Shown here: piece by piece, positions 29,332 to 38,571 of the stretch
Layout of the letters: each line of letters starts with the position of its first letter
How positions within the stretch are numbered: position 1 is the first letter of the stretch
Origin: an uncultured Candidatus Saccharibacteria bacterium
GTDB taxonomy: Bacteria; Patescibacteriota; Minisyncoccia; Phycocordibacterales; PALSA-1337
Length of the DNA stretch: 64,000 nucleotides
Assembly: GCA_964412585.1 (NCBI GenBank)
Contig: CAYPPJ010000002.1
Span: 9,631 to 73,630 of the forward strand
Reading direction: 5' to 3'
Position numbers and translations under genes: made by a program
The notes under the pieces: generated by a model
The model's database searches: none
What the model saw: the letters and a program-made list of their open reading frames with translations, nothing else
What the model was told of the DNA's origin: nothing

Positions 29332-29745
29332 AACAGAAAATAACAGCCAGTGTCAATTGCTTTTTGGCTGTGGATAGCGCTAGGCTACAAATTAGAGAAC
29401 GTTCGAACTATTCGAACATTCAAGCTAGAGAATCTCTAAGCAATATCTCGATGCATGATGCATCAAGCGAGGTAGAGTCCCGAGGATAATGCCAGTACGC
29501 ATGACCGAAGTTATGCAACCAATATGTCCTTAGCACTATACCCAAACCTGGGAAGGCCATTGCTTAGAGGTTCACGAGCTCGAATAAGGAAAATCACCTG
29601 GTGGTGACTATAATTTCGTCGAGTAAACAACTAAAAAAGCGACTCTCGCGAGTTCGCATTATGATTGTTGTGTTGGTACACTGTACCTATAGGAATCCCC
29701 GAGGGATCTATAGGTTCCCCAATACACTATCACAATCGTATTAAA

Positions 29746-30756
29746 ATGTCAATACCCCCTCAAAACTCCCCTACGGAAGACAAAGATGTCGGTTTTCTTG
29801 ACCAGACACTCCGCCCTGCACGCTGGGACGAATATATTGGCCAGAAAAACATCAAAGACAACCTCCACATTCTCCTTACTGCCGCCAAGGAGCGTGAACA
29901 TCCTCCAGAACACGTCCTTTTTTACGGACCACCAGGCCTTGGAAAGACCACATTGGCGCATCTCATTGCAAAAGAAACGGGAGCTCAAATGAAGGTTACT
30001 TCTGGCCCAGCTATACTCAAGGTCGGCGATTTGGCCTCGATCGTCACCAACCTTTCGGCTGGAGACATTCTATTCATCGATGAGATCCACCGTCTGAATA
30101 AGGCTATTGAAGAAGTGCTCTATCCTGCCATGGAGTCAGGAACGCTCGATATTATCATAGGAAAAGGACCATCTGCAAGGACCATCCAGCTCGATCTTCC
30201 CCCATTTACTCTCATCGCTGCGACGACTCGTATTGCCATGATTTCTTCCCCTCTGAGGTCACGCTTCTCGGGAGGAGTATTCAAATTGGAGTTTTATTCT
30301 GACAAAGAGATCGCCGAGATCATCAAACGTTCTGCAAAGATTCTTGGTATAGGGATTCACCCAGATGCAGTCCATGAGATCGCCATTCGCTCACGATTTA
30401 CTCCACGCACTGCCAATTACCATTTGAAGCGTTGTCGTGATTACGCCCAAATCAACAAAACAACACTCACAAAAGAGGTTGTTGAGAAGGCGTTGGCGAT
30501 GCTCGGTGTTGATATTCTCGGCCTCACCTCTGCCGACCGTGAGATTCTGAAAGTTATTATTGGAAAATTTGGCGGCGGACCAGTAGGTTTGAATACGATT
30601 GCCGCTGCCCTATCTGAAGAACAGGCTACTATTGAGGAAGTGTACGAGCCGTACCTGATTCAGCTAGGGCTTCTTGAGCGAACACCACGAGGAAGAGTGG
30701 TGACCGATAAAGCGTATGCGCATATGGGCGAGAAAGGTGCGGCGAAGTTGATGTAA
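29746..30756 (+). CDS. ruvB: Holliday junction DNA helicase RuvB
   Basis: RPARWDEYIGQ ... LFYGPPGLGKTTLAHLIAKE (Walker A) ... LFIDEIHRL (Walker B); start trimmed to MSIPPQ. Confidence 0.95.
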   Translation: MSIPPQNSPTEDKDVGFLDQTLRPARWDEYIGQKNIKDNLHILLTAAKEREHPPEHVLFYGPPGLGKTTLAHLIAKETGAQMKVTSGPAILKVGDLASIVTNLSAGDILFIDEIHRLNKAIEEVLYPAMESGTLDIIIGKGPSARTIQLDLPPFTLIAATTRIAMISSPLRSRFSGGVFKLEFYSDKEIAEIIKRSAKILGIGIHPDAVHEIAIRSRFTPRTANYHLKRCRDYAQINKTTLTKEVVEKALAMLGVDILGLTSADREILKVIIGKFGGGPVGLNTIAAALSEEQATIEEVYEPYLIQLGLLERTPRGRVVTDKAYAHMGEKGAAKLM

Positions 30757-30757
30757 T

Positions 30758-31342
30758 ATGCTTAAAATTATTTTTGGTATTTTATCGTTTCTAATCGTTG
30801 CGGTTTCTTTTATTCCTTATATAAAAGATGTCCTGAAGAGAAATACCACTCCTCACATTTATTCTTGGTTAGTTTGGACAATTCTACAAACGACCGCTGC
30901 AGTTGCCATTTTGCAGGAGAATCAAGTGTGGAGCGCGCTTGGAACTGCAGCACTAGGACTAGAGTCGATACTCGTTTTTCTGCTCTGTTTTAAATACGGC
31001 ACAAAAAATATTGCCCTGTTCGATGTTATATGTTTGATTGGCGCACTTCTGGCAATAGGTATCTGGGTATTTGTACACAATGCCATGCTTTCAATCATAC
31101 TAGTAACAATAATTGATTTTGTTGGTTTTTTGCCAACATACCGAAAAGCATACCGGGAACCTCAGAGTGAGACTCTGTTTCTGTACATATGCAGCGCACT
31201 TTCAAATATATTTTCGTTACTATCGATAACTCACCATTCTGTAACATCTTCTTTGTATGTATTAAGCCTTATTTTCACTAACACCCTCTTCGTTAGCTTA
31301 GTGTTCATAAGAAGAAGGTCTCAAGTAAAAAATGTGATTTAA
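30758..31342 (+). CDS. hypothetical 6-TM membrane protein (AT-rich gene)
   Basis: ORF abuts ruvB stop; six hydrophobic helices; codon usage strongly AT-biased. Confidence 0.5.
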   Translation: MLKIIFGILSFLIVAVSFIPYIKDVLKRNTTPHIYSWLVWTILQTTAAVAILQENQVWSALGTAALGLESILVFLLCFKYGTKNIALFDVICLIGALLAIGIWVFVHNAMLSIILVTIIDFVGFLPTYRKAYREPQSETLFLYICSALSNIFSLLSITHHSVTSSLYVLSLIFTNTLFVSLVFIRRRSQVKNVI

Positions 31343-31382
31343 ACTTTGCATTTTCCATTATTAATTGTAAACTTCACTTACT

Positions 31383-31913
31383 ATGTCCGGCCACAATAAA
31401 TACTCAAAAATAAAGCATATCAAGGCAAAGAATGACGCTCAGAAGAGTAAGAACTTCGGCAAGCTTGTTCGACTTATCACTGTAGAAGCAAAAAAAGCCA
31501 ATGGGCTCCTCACTTCCCCAGGATTGGCGGCTGCCATTGAAAAGGCTCGTGGAGAGAACATGCCAAATGACACTATTGATCGTGCGATCAAGAAAGCAAC
31601 GACCGACAACTCGGCCGCAATGGAATCTATTATCTATGAGTCCTATGGTCCAGGTGGTGTAGCCATCCTTGTTGAAGCACTCACCGATAATCGCAACAAG
31701 GCGGCACAGGAAATAAAACATATCCTTTCAAAAAACGGTTTTGAGCTTGCCTCCCCCGGCAGCGCCTCATGGGCATTCAAAAAAGATCACGCGACATGGA
31801 CTGCAACCACAACTATGCCCCTTGAAGATGCTGACATCGAACTTCTCACTAAGCTCGTTGAAGAACTTGAAGAAAACGACGAGGTCCAGTCCGTCTATAC
31901 GAATGCTGAATAG
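31383..31913 (+). CDS. yebC: YebC/PmpR-family DNA-binding regulator (compact 176-aa form)
   Basis: MSGHNKYSKIKHIKAKNDAQKSKNFGKL ... NMPNDTIDRAIKKA ... EVQSVYTNAE; conserved N- and C-termini but ~60 aa shorter than typical. Confidence 0.8.
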   Translation: MSGHNKYSKIKHIKAKNDAQKSKNFGKLVRLITVEAKKANGLLTSPGLAAAIEKARGENMPNDTIDRAIKKATTDNSAAMESIIYESYGPGGVAILVEALTDNRNKAAQEIKHILSKNGFELASPGSASWAFKKDHATWTATTTMPLEDADIELLTKLVEELEENDEVQSVYTNAE

Positions 31914-31929
31914 GTCTGTGTTGTTAGGA

Positions 31930-32045
31930 GAGTAAAATACGGCACACATGTTTTTGTACATTGCACAGGCCGCTCTCGGCCGAGCATAGGAACTTTTCAG
32001 CAGAAAAGTATCCGCGTACAAAAACATGTGTGCCGTATTTTACTC
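31930..32045. repeat. Family-2 palindromic element, copy 1: 56-nt structured core inside a perfect 30-bp inverted repeat
   Basis: Arms gagtaaaatacggcacacatgtttttgtac / gtacaaaaacatgtgtgccgtattttactc. Loop attgc-[ggccg ctct cggcc]-gagcataggaa-[cttttc agca gaaaag]-tatccgc; core matches 54090..54143. Confidence 0.85.
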
Positions 32046-32048
32046 AAC

Positions 32049-32327
32049 CTACTCCTCCCACCTATCCCCAAAAGGATTTATCTCCTCACCATCAAGACTG
32101 ATTTCTTCTGCTGTATCATCCTCTTCTACAGCACCTACCAATGGATCATCTTCAACTTTTTCATCAATAGCAACAGCCACTTCTGGCTCATCAATCTCTA
32201 TCGGCTTCTTTGCTTTTCCTGGTTTAACATCAAGATCAGTCTCGGGGTGGCCCGATTCTTCAGCGTGTTCTTCAACGACCGGATCTGGTTTTTTTGTTTT
32301 GACTCGCGATTTGGTTGCCGTTGCCAT
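32049..32327 (-). CDS. small acidic protein (92 aa), hypothetical
   Basis: D/E-rich ORF (MATATKSRVKTKKPDP...EEINPFGDRWEE); two overlapping plus-strand Ser-rich ORFs are less plausible. Confidence 0.35.
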   Translation of the reverse strand: MATATKSRVKTKKPDPVVEEHAEESGHPETDLDVKPGKAKKPIEIDEPEVAVAIDEKVEDDPLVGAVEEDDTAEEISLDGEEINPFGDRWEE

Positions 32328-32421
32328 ATACGTTATTGGTTAAACTAATTTCTATGCAGACAGTTGTAACAAAGATAGGCTTTTTGTGCAAGAAATAAGA
32401 GTTGTGGATAACCCTAGCCCA

Positions 32422-32901
32422 TCATCTCAAGCACGCACTATGTGTGAGCGCGACGGCGATTGCGTCATATTCATCGTCAATCACCTTTTTTGCAGGAAGG
32501 GACACAAGTAAATGAACCATTTTAATAACCCGCTCTTTGTCACTCCTCCCGTCACTCGTAACTGCCATCTTTATTTGCATAGGGGTGTACTCATGTATAG
32601 ATATGGCGCGCTTTATTGCTTCAACCAAGATAATACCGCGAACTTCAGCAACTCTCATGGCCGTCTTTTGATTTTTGGTAATAAACAAGGTTTCGATCGC
32701 AAGTGCACTCGGCTTGTATGTTTCAAGAATATTTCCAACTCGCACAGCAACTTGACCAAAACGTGTGTAAATATCGTCCCGCGCTGATGTCTGAAAACAT
32801 TCTGAATGAAGGACTATTTCCCTACCCTTTTTCGCTTTTTCGATGATGGCAATACCAAGGCGGTCATATCCAGGGTCTATACCAATGATTCGTGTGGTCA
32901 T
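32422..32901 (-). CDS. ruvC: crossover junction endodeoxyribonuclease RuvC
   Basis: MTTRIIGIDPGYDRLGIAIIE ... catalytic D/E/D/D pattern, 159 aa. Confidence 0.9.
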   Translation of the reverse strand: MTTRIIGIDPGYDRLGIAIIEKAKKGREIVLHSECFQTSARDDIYTRFGQVAVRVGNILETYKPSALAIETLFITKNQKTAMRVAEVRGIILVEAIKRAISIHEYTPMQIKMAVTSDGRSDKERVIKMVHLLVSLPAKKVIDDEYDAIAVALTHSACLR

Positions 32902-32974
32902 GGGTCAATTATACCTTTATGGATAGTAGTAGTGTACTCATATATAGATGGTAGAATAGGCTATAATAATACCT

Positions 32975-35512
32975 ATGTCATCACACCGACGTAAGAAAGC
33001 ACGACATGTTGTAAAAAGAATCTTGGTACTCGTTGTATCTGTAGGCCTCATTGTAGTAGGTTTGGTTGCTCTCTGGGTCGCCACATTGAAAATGCCGGAC
33101 CTTACTTCGTTCCAAAACCGAAAAGTTACTGAGTCAACAAAAATTTATGACCGTACGGGGACAATTCTGCTATTTGATACAGGAAAGGATGCAAAACGTA
33201 CTGCCGTCGCGTTGGAGCAAATTTCTCCATTCATTCAAGACGCCACGATCGCTATCGAGGATTCTGATTTTTATACCAATATAGGTGTTGAGCCTACCTC
33301 CATTATCCGAGCCGTCTTGGCGAACATCGCAACGGGCGGGTACGGTCAGGGCGCATCGACGATAACACAACAAGTCGTCAAAAATTCCCTGCTTACCAAG
33401 GATAAAACTATCACCAGGAAAATAAAGGAGTGGGTTATAGCGGTCAAACTGACTCGTGTAATGTCGAAGCCTCAAATCTTGGAAACATACCTCAATGACA
33501 CCTCTTACGGGGGGACTATTTTTGGGGTTGAGGAAGCCAGCCGTGCGTTCTTTGGTAAGCCTGCGAAAGATGTAAGTCTCGCTCAAGCTGCCTATCTAGC
33601 CGCTATTCCTCAGGCTCCCACGTACTATTCCCCATACGGCACACATCGTGATGATTTGGATGCTCGAAAAAAACTGGTATTACAACGCATGAAAAGTTTG
33701 GGGAAAATTTCATCTACTGATTATGATGCTGCCCTTGCGGAAAAAGTTCAGTTTCTTTCAAGAAACGATGCGTCGATTCGCGCTCCGCATTTTGTGATGT
33801 ACGTAAAAGATTTGGTCACGCAAAAATATGGTGAGGATATGGTTACCAATGGTGGATTACGAGTGATCACAACTCTCGATTTTAACTTGCAAGAGACCGC
33901 GGAGGATGTGATTACCAAATTCTCTCCATCACTTGAATCGAATTTCAATGCAAGCAATACCGCGATGGTCGCTATTGATCCGAAAACGGGTGATATTTTA
34001 ACGATGGTTGGATCGCGCGATTATTTTAGTTCAAAAATAGAAGGAAATTTTAATATTGCGCTTGCAAAACGACAGCCCGGGTCGACATTCAAACCATTTG
34101 TGTACGCAACAGCATTTAAAAAAGGATTTACCCCAGAAACTGTTTTGTTTGATTCAAAAACAGAATTCTCACTTCGTTGCACCGTCGAAGGAAAACCAAA
34201 AGATCCAGCTGAAGATCCTGAGAAAGTCTGTTATTCTCCTGATGAATTTGATTTCAATTATACCGGTCCTATGACAATTCGAGAGGCTCTTGCCCATTCC
34301 CGCAACATTCCTGCGGTAAAAACCCTTTACATGACCGGCCTCAGGGACTCAATGGAAACCGCTGCTGATATGGGTATTACTGGTCTCAATGATCCAAACC
34401 GTTACGGACTAACATTGGTGCTGGGCGGTGGTGAAGTATCTCTACTTGATTTGACGAGTGCGTATGGAGTATTCGCAAACGACGGTTTAAGAAACCCGTA
34501 CCGATCCATCCTCCGTGTTGAAGATAGTAAGGGAACAATTCTTGAAAGTGTTCCCGCAACAGTCTCCCCTGTTCAAGCACTTGAGCCAGAAATTGCCAGA
34601 CAGATTTCAAGTATTCTTTCTGACCCAAAAGTTCGCATGGAAAGTTTGAAAGCTATTGGTGAAAGTGTTGGTCGCCCTGTTGCCATGAAAACAGGTACTA
34701 CAAATGATTATCGTGATGTGTGGGCAGTAGGCTATACTCCGAATCTTGTTGTTGGAGCCTGGGCAGGTAAAAACGATAACTCTCCAATGCGCCAAAACGT
34801 TGCTGGTTTGATTATTTCCCCAGTATGGGGCGCCTTTATGTCCCAAGCTGTTAAAAGTCTTCCTGTTGAAAACTTCCAATCTCCCCCACCACCATTAACT
34901 GATAATAAGCCAGTACTTCGTGGTATCTGGGAAGGAGGTCAATCATACTGGAAAGACACGATTTCTGGAAAATTGGCAACTGAAAACACTCCACCTGAAA
35001 CTAAGAGTGAAGTTATTGCCCGAAACGTACATTCAATATTGTATTGGCTAGACAAAAATGACCCCCGCGGCCCGGCCCCACAAGATCCAAAACAAGATCC
35101 TCAGTTTGAATATTGGGAATATGGTGTCCGTAAATGGTTTGAAGGGTATCAAAAAACTCATCCGGACTTCAAAGAAGCAACTTCTATCGTCATGCCAAAC
35201 CAGGTTGATGATGCTCATACCCCAGAAAAAGCTCCTCATGTAAGTTTCGTGTCTCCTGTAGCCGGATCATCGATCACCTCTCACGATGCCCTAACTATTC
35301 GCCTCCAATCAACCGGTTTCTATCCCGCAAAAAAGACTGAAGTGTACCTCAATGGTAAATATGTACTCACCTCAGAAAATGACCCCCTTAATATCTCCTT
35401 CTTCCCTTCTGATGTTGGTGGCCTTGGTGAAAGTAATACTCTTTCAGTCACACTGTATGACAGTGTCTTCAATAAAGGAACAGCGACTACCACCTTCTCC
35501 TCTACTCCTTAA
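32975..35512 (+). CDS. mrcA: class A penicillin-binding protein (glycosyltransferase GT51 + transpeptidase)
   Basis: N-terminal TM; GT51 motifs (EDSDFYTNIGVEP, GASTITQQVVKN); transpeptidase SGSTFKPF (SxxK), KTGTTND; ~150-aa C-terminal extension. Confidence 0.93.
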   Translation: MSSHRRKKARHVVKRILVLVVSVGLIVVGLVALWVATLKMPDLTSFQNRKVTESTKIYDRTGTILLFDTGKDAKRTAVALEQISPFIQDATIAIEDSDFYTNIGVEPTSIIRAVLANIATGGYGQGASTITQQVVKNSLLTKDKTITRKIKEWVIAVKLTRVMSKPQILETYLNDTSYGGTIFGVEEASRAFFGKPAKDVSLAQAAYLAAIPQAPTYYSPYGTHRDDLDARKKLVLQRMKSLGKISSTDYDAALAEKVQFLSRNDASIRAPHFVMYVKDLVTQKYGEDMVTNGGLRVITTLDFNLQETAEDVITKFSPSLESNFNASNTAMVAIDPKTGDILTMVGSRDYFSSKIEGNFNIALAKRQPGSTFKPFVYATAFKKGFTPETVLFDSKTEFSLRCTVEGKPKDPAEDPEKVCYSPDEFDFNYTGPMTIREALAHSRNIPAVKTLYMTGLRDSMETAADMGITGLNDPNRYGLTLVLGGGEVSLLDLTSAYGVFANDGLRNPYRSILRVEDSKGTILESVPATVSPVQALEPEIARQISSILSDPKVRMESLKAIGESVGRPVAMKTGTTNDYRDVWAVGYTPNLVVGAWAGKNDNSPMRQNVAGLIISPVWGAFMSQAVKSLPVENFQSPPPPLTDNKPVLRGIWEGGQSYWKDTISGKLATENTPPETKSEVIARNVHSILYWLDKNDPRGPAPQDPKQDPQFEYWEYGVRKWFEGYQKTHPDFKEATSIVMPNQVDDAHTPEKAPHVSFVSPVAGSSITSHDALTIRLQSTGFYPAKKTEVYLNGKYVLTSENDPLNISFFPSDVGGLGESNTLSVTLYDSVFNKGTATTTFSSTP

Positions 35513-35534
35513 TAATATAGGTAAAACACGCTAC

Positions 35535-35795
35535 TTATCTTATTTCAGTAAGTATTTTAATGGCTTGTTGATCTGTTATATCCTTTAGGATTGATTGTTT
35601 TTTTATAAAAATACATGAGCGAGCAGTTGAGGATATGTTTTTCAAGACAATAGTGTCGGAGGAAAAAGATATGTCCTCTGGTTTAATGCTGATAGATGTG
35701 TGTTTTTGTATCACATCAACAACAACAGTTCTCACAAACATCTCCTTGGTATGTTTGTTTTGTATTTTTTTAAAAAATTGTCCGATTGATAACAT
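35535..35795 (-). CDS. DUF721-family small protein (DciA-like), downstream of dnaN
   Basis: 86 aa; pattern DTIVLKNISSTARSCIFIKKQSILKDI fits the DUF721 core; genomic context dnaA-dnaN-X. Confidence 0.45.
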   Translation of the reverse strand: MLSIGQFFKKIQNKHTKEMFVRTVVVDVIQKHTSISIKPEDISFSSDTIVLKNISSTARSCIFIKKQSILKDITDQQAIKILTEIR

Positions 35796-35798
35796 ATA

Positions 35799-36905
35799 CT
35801 AACGATTCATTGGCATGACCAGGTACAAAAAGCTTTGATCACCAGAGATTGGCTTTATAACAACAGGTTTATTGAGGCCATTGAGTAATAACGTCACACT
35901 ATCAGCATGTATTGATTGGAAACCGTCAATAAGATACTTGTAATTGAAGTTAATCTCCATCCTATCTCCTTTGAGAGCCGCGTCTACTTGTGTCTGATTC
36001 TCACCCACATCGCTATTTTTGGTTTGAATTTCAAACATTTTTCCTTTTGGATCGATAGTAAGATGGACTTGATTGAATTTGTCAGAAAAAATATTAGAGA
36101 TTTTAAGAGCATTCATAATGTCTTGTTTCAGCGCAACAATCTCTGTCGTAGATGTTTTTGGGATAATTTGTCGGTAATCAGGAAACGTTCCATCAATAAT
36201 ACGAGAAACTATATATACACCTTCATTTTCAAAAGATATGAGGTTTTTGGTCGCCTTGACCGTAGCTGTTGAATTGAAACTCTCTAGTACCCTAATAATG
36301 TCGGGTATGTTCTTGAAAGGGATCAATATATCATTGAGTTTGTTGGTAATAGGGGTTTGGATTTTCTTTTCAGCAAGACGAAATGAGTCTGTAGCAACAA
36401 AAACAAGGTTATCTGCGTCTTTGTATATATACACACTGGAAAGTTCTGGTTTTACACTGGAAATGGAGGCACTATATGAAACTGAGGTTAGGCCGTTAAT
36501 AAAATCTGCTGTGGGAATTTGATATTCTTGCCCATCTTGGATCTTTGGAATACTAGGGAAATCCTCAGGAGGAACTGTTTTGATAACTCCTTTAGATTTT
36601 GCAGTCTTTATGTGTACATTTCCAGAGACCAATTCAAGGGTAACAACTTGGCTCTGTTCTTGGATTTGAGCAAGAAAAGAAGAGAGGGTTTGAGCTGGAA
36701 CAGCTATTACCCCAGAGGTATCTGATTTTATTGGTATAGACACTTCAACCCCCACATCAAGGTTGGTTGCTTTGAATATGGCTGAATTTTTTGAAAATTC
36801 AATCAGAATACAAGAAAGGACTGGGAGGGTCTGGTGTTTGTGGGCTACTTTATCTACCAAACTAACTGCTTCTTTGAATTTTTTAAATCCCAACTCTAAT
36901 TTCAT
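35799..36905 (-). CDS. dnaN: DNA polymerase III beta sliding clamp
   Basis: MKLELGFKKFKEAVSLVDKV... three-domain clamp, 368 aa, directly downstream of dnaA. Confidence 0.93.
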   Translation of the reverse strand: MKLELGFKKFKEAVSLVDKVAHKHQTLPVLSCILIEFSKNSAIFKATNLDVGVEVSIPIKSDTSGVIAVPAQTLSSFLAQIQEQSQVVTLELVSGNVHIKTAKSKGVIKTVPPEDFPSIPKIQDGQEYQIPTADFINGLTSVSYSASISSVKPELSSVYIYKDADNLVFVATDSFRLAEKKIQTPITNKLNDILIPFKNIPDIIRVLESFNSTATVKATKNLISFENEGVYIVSRIIDGTFPDYRQIIPKTSTTEIVALKQDIMNALKISNIFSDKFNQVHLTIDPKGKMFEIQTKNSDVGENQTQVDAALKGDRMEINFNYKYLIDGFQSIHADSVTLLLNGLNKPVVIKPISGDQSFLYLVMPMNR

Positions 36906-37129
36906 TGTATTTTTTTATTTTTATAAACCCAATCTACTATTAGGACTGTGAATATGTTGATATCTTCTAACCACCTATATTTCTCAACATATTTTGGAAG
37001 TAGTAATCTATTCTCAAACTGTTATCAATAATACCCAATTAAACTTACGTATCATCTGTGTATTACCTCCCTACTTACTCACATACTAACCATCCTCTAC
37101 ACACAAACTATTCACAGGTTTGTCCCCAC
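36906..37129. promoter_or_regulatory. AT-rich dnaA-dnaN intergenic region with degenerate DnaA-box-like 9-mers (candidate oriC segment)
   Basis: ~30% GC, 224 nt; motifs tgtgaatat, gttatcaata, ctattcacag resemble TTATCCACA with 1-2 mismatches. Confidence 0.4.
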
Positions 37130-38476
37130 TTATAACATAGTACGAACCTGGGTTATTTCCTGCGACAGGAGCTGATCGGTTTTTATCTCCTCTCGCATCT
37201 TTTCATACGAATGGATAACCGTGGTGTGGTCTCTACCACCCAATTTTTCTCCAATCGAAGGAAAAGATATCCCAAAATCCTCACGGAGGATATACATGAC
37301 TACCTGACGAGGGCGGACCACCTCTTTTCGGCGTGTTTTATTGTAGATACTGTCCTCATCTATGTTATAAAATTCAGAAACAATCTTAACCACATCCTTC
37401 ACAGACATCATTTTCTTTGGTTTTAGGTTGTTTTTGAGGATATTTCTAATCTCATTAAGATTCAATTCCCTATTTTTTAGCTGCGTCTGACAAGCAATCA
37501 CATTGATAATACCCTCTATCTCACGGATATTATCTTCAATTGACGTGGCAATATAATCAATAATTTCATCAGACAAAGTAATGTTGTGTGTGCCACACTT
37601 GGTGCGCACGATCATCATACGTGATTCTTGGTCAGGTTCAGGGATGTCGACAATCATTCCCATCGAGAAACGGCCTTTTAGACGATCTTCAAGCCCAGGT
37701 ATAACATTTGGGTGTTTATCTCCTGAAAAGACAAGCTGGCGTGCTGTATCGTAGAAAGTGTTGAAGAAATGGAACAATTCTTCCTGAAACTTCTCCTTAC
37801 TTGCGAAGAACTGGATATCATCCATGATAATAACGTCATATTTCCTATACTTATCCTTGAAAGCCTGCACTTTACCCTCTTGGATGGCTGTAAAAAGTTC
37901 AGAACCAAAGCGTTCAGAGGTCAAATAAAACACTTTCTTATCCGGATGTAACTTTTTTATCTGATTTCCAACCGCCTGGATGATGTGGGTCTTTCCTCTT
38001 CCGGTTTGTCCATAAATAAAGAGCGGGTTATATGAGTGCCCGGGGTTTTTTACAACCATTTGTGAGGCGGCATGGGCAAGTTCGTTGAAAGGACCAACAA
38101 CAAGGCTTTCAAAGGTATAGCGTGGATTGAGGTTATCTTCCTTGTTAATGTAGAAGTCCTGCAATGGCATAGCAATAGTGGGTGTAGGAGAAGACTCTTT
38201 GCGAGAATGCTGCCCGCCCTTGCCATCCTCTCGGACAATAACGTACTCCAGCGCTCGCACACGCTCATTCATCTGCCTTAGAATGCGTAAAATTGAGTTA
38301 TGGAACTTTTTTTGGAGCCACTCGTGGGTAAATGAGTTTGGAACGCCGAGGTAGATGGTGCCCTCGTCTTCACGAAGGATACGAATATCTTTGAACCACG
38401 TGGAAAAGTTTGCCTGAGATACAGCGCTTTCAATTTCTATGAGGGCAGTTTGCCACATTTTGCTGTGATCATTCAT
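37130..38476 (-). CDS. dnaA: chromosomal replication initiator protein DnaA
   Basis: AAA+ Walker A GQTGRGKTHIIQAVGNQ, Walker B IIMDDIQF, sensor motifs, C-terminal DNA-binding domain (RRKEVVRPRQVVMYIL). Confidence 0.97.
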   Translation of the reverse strand: MNDHSKMWQTALIEIESAVSQANFSTWFKDIRILREDEGTIYLGVPNSFTHEWLQKKFHNSILRILRQMNERVRALEYVIVREDGKGGQHSRKESSPTPTIAMPLQDFYINKEDNLNPRYTFESLVVGPFNELAHAASQMVVKNPGHSYNPLFIYGQTGRGKTHIIQAVGNQIKKLHPDKKVFYLTSERFGSELFTAIQEGKVQAFKDKYRKYDVIIMDDIQFFASKEKFQEELFHFFNTFYDTARQLVFSGDKHPNVIPGLEDRLKGRFSMGMIVDIPEPDQESRMMIVRTKCGTHNITLSDEIIDYIATSIEDNIREIEGIINVIACQTQLKNRELNLNEIRNILKNNLKPKKMMSVKDVVKIVSEFYNIDEDSIYNKTRRKEVVRPRQVVMYILREDFGISFPSIGEKLGGRDHTTVIHSYEKMREEIKTDQLLSQEITQVRTML

Positions 38477-38571
38477 GATAGGTGTAAATAGGTAGAGTAA
38501 GTATATACCTGTTTATAAATTTGCAAACTTGTGGAGAGTAAAAAAATATGTTGATAAGGTGGGGATAGGGA

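Noticed and set aside
29332-29745. tmRNA, RNase P RNA, SRP RNA or 6S RNA in the long ruvB upstream spacer
   Set aside because: Several diagnostic motifs are absent: the tRNA-like GGGG...TTCGA...CCA ends, GGAAAGTCCGG / ACAGAA-CCGGCTTA, and the GGAAGG-AAGCAGC SRP helix-8 motif.
32026-32348. Two overlapping plus-strand Ser-rich ORFs (105 and 106 aa) after the family-2 element
   Set aside because: Both start inside the palindrome arm and are low-complexity. The opposite-strand acidic ORF is at least compositionally protein-like.
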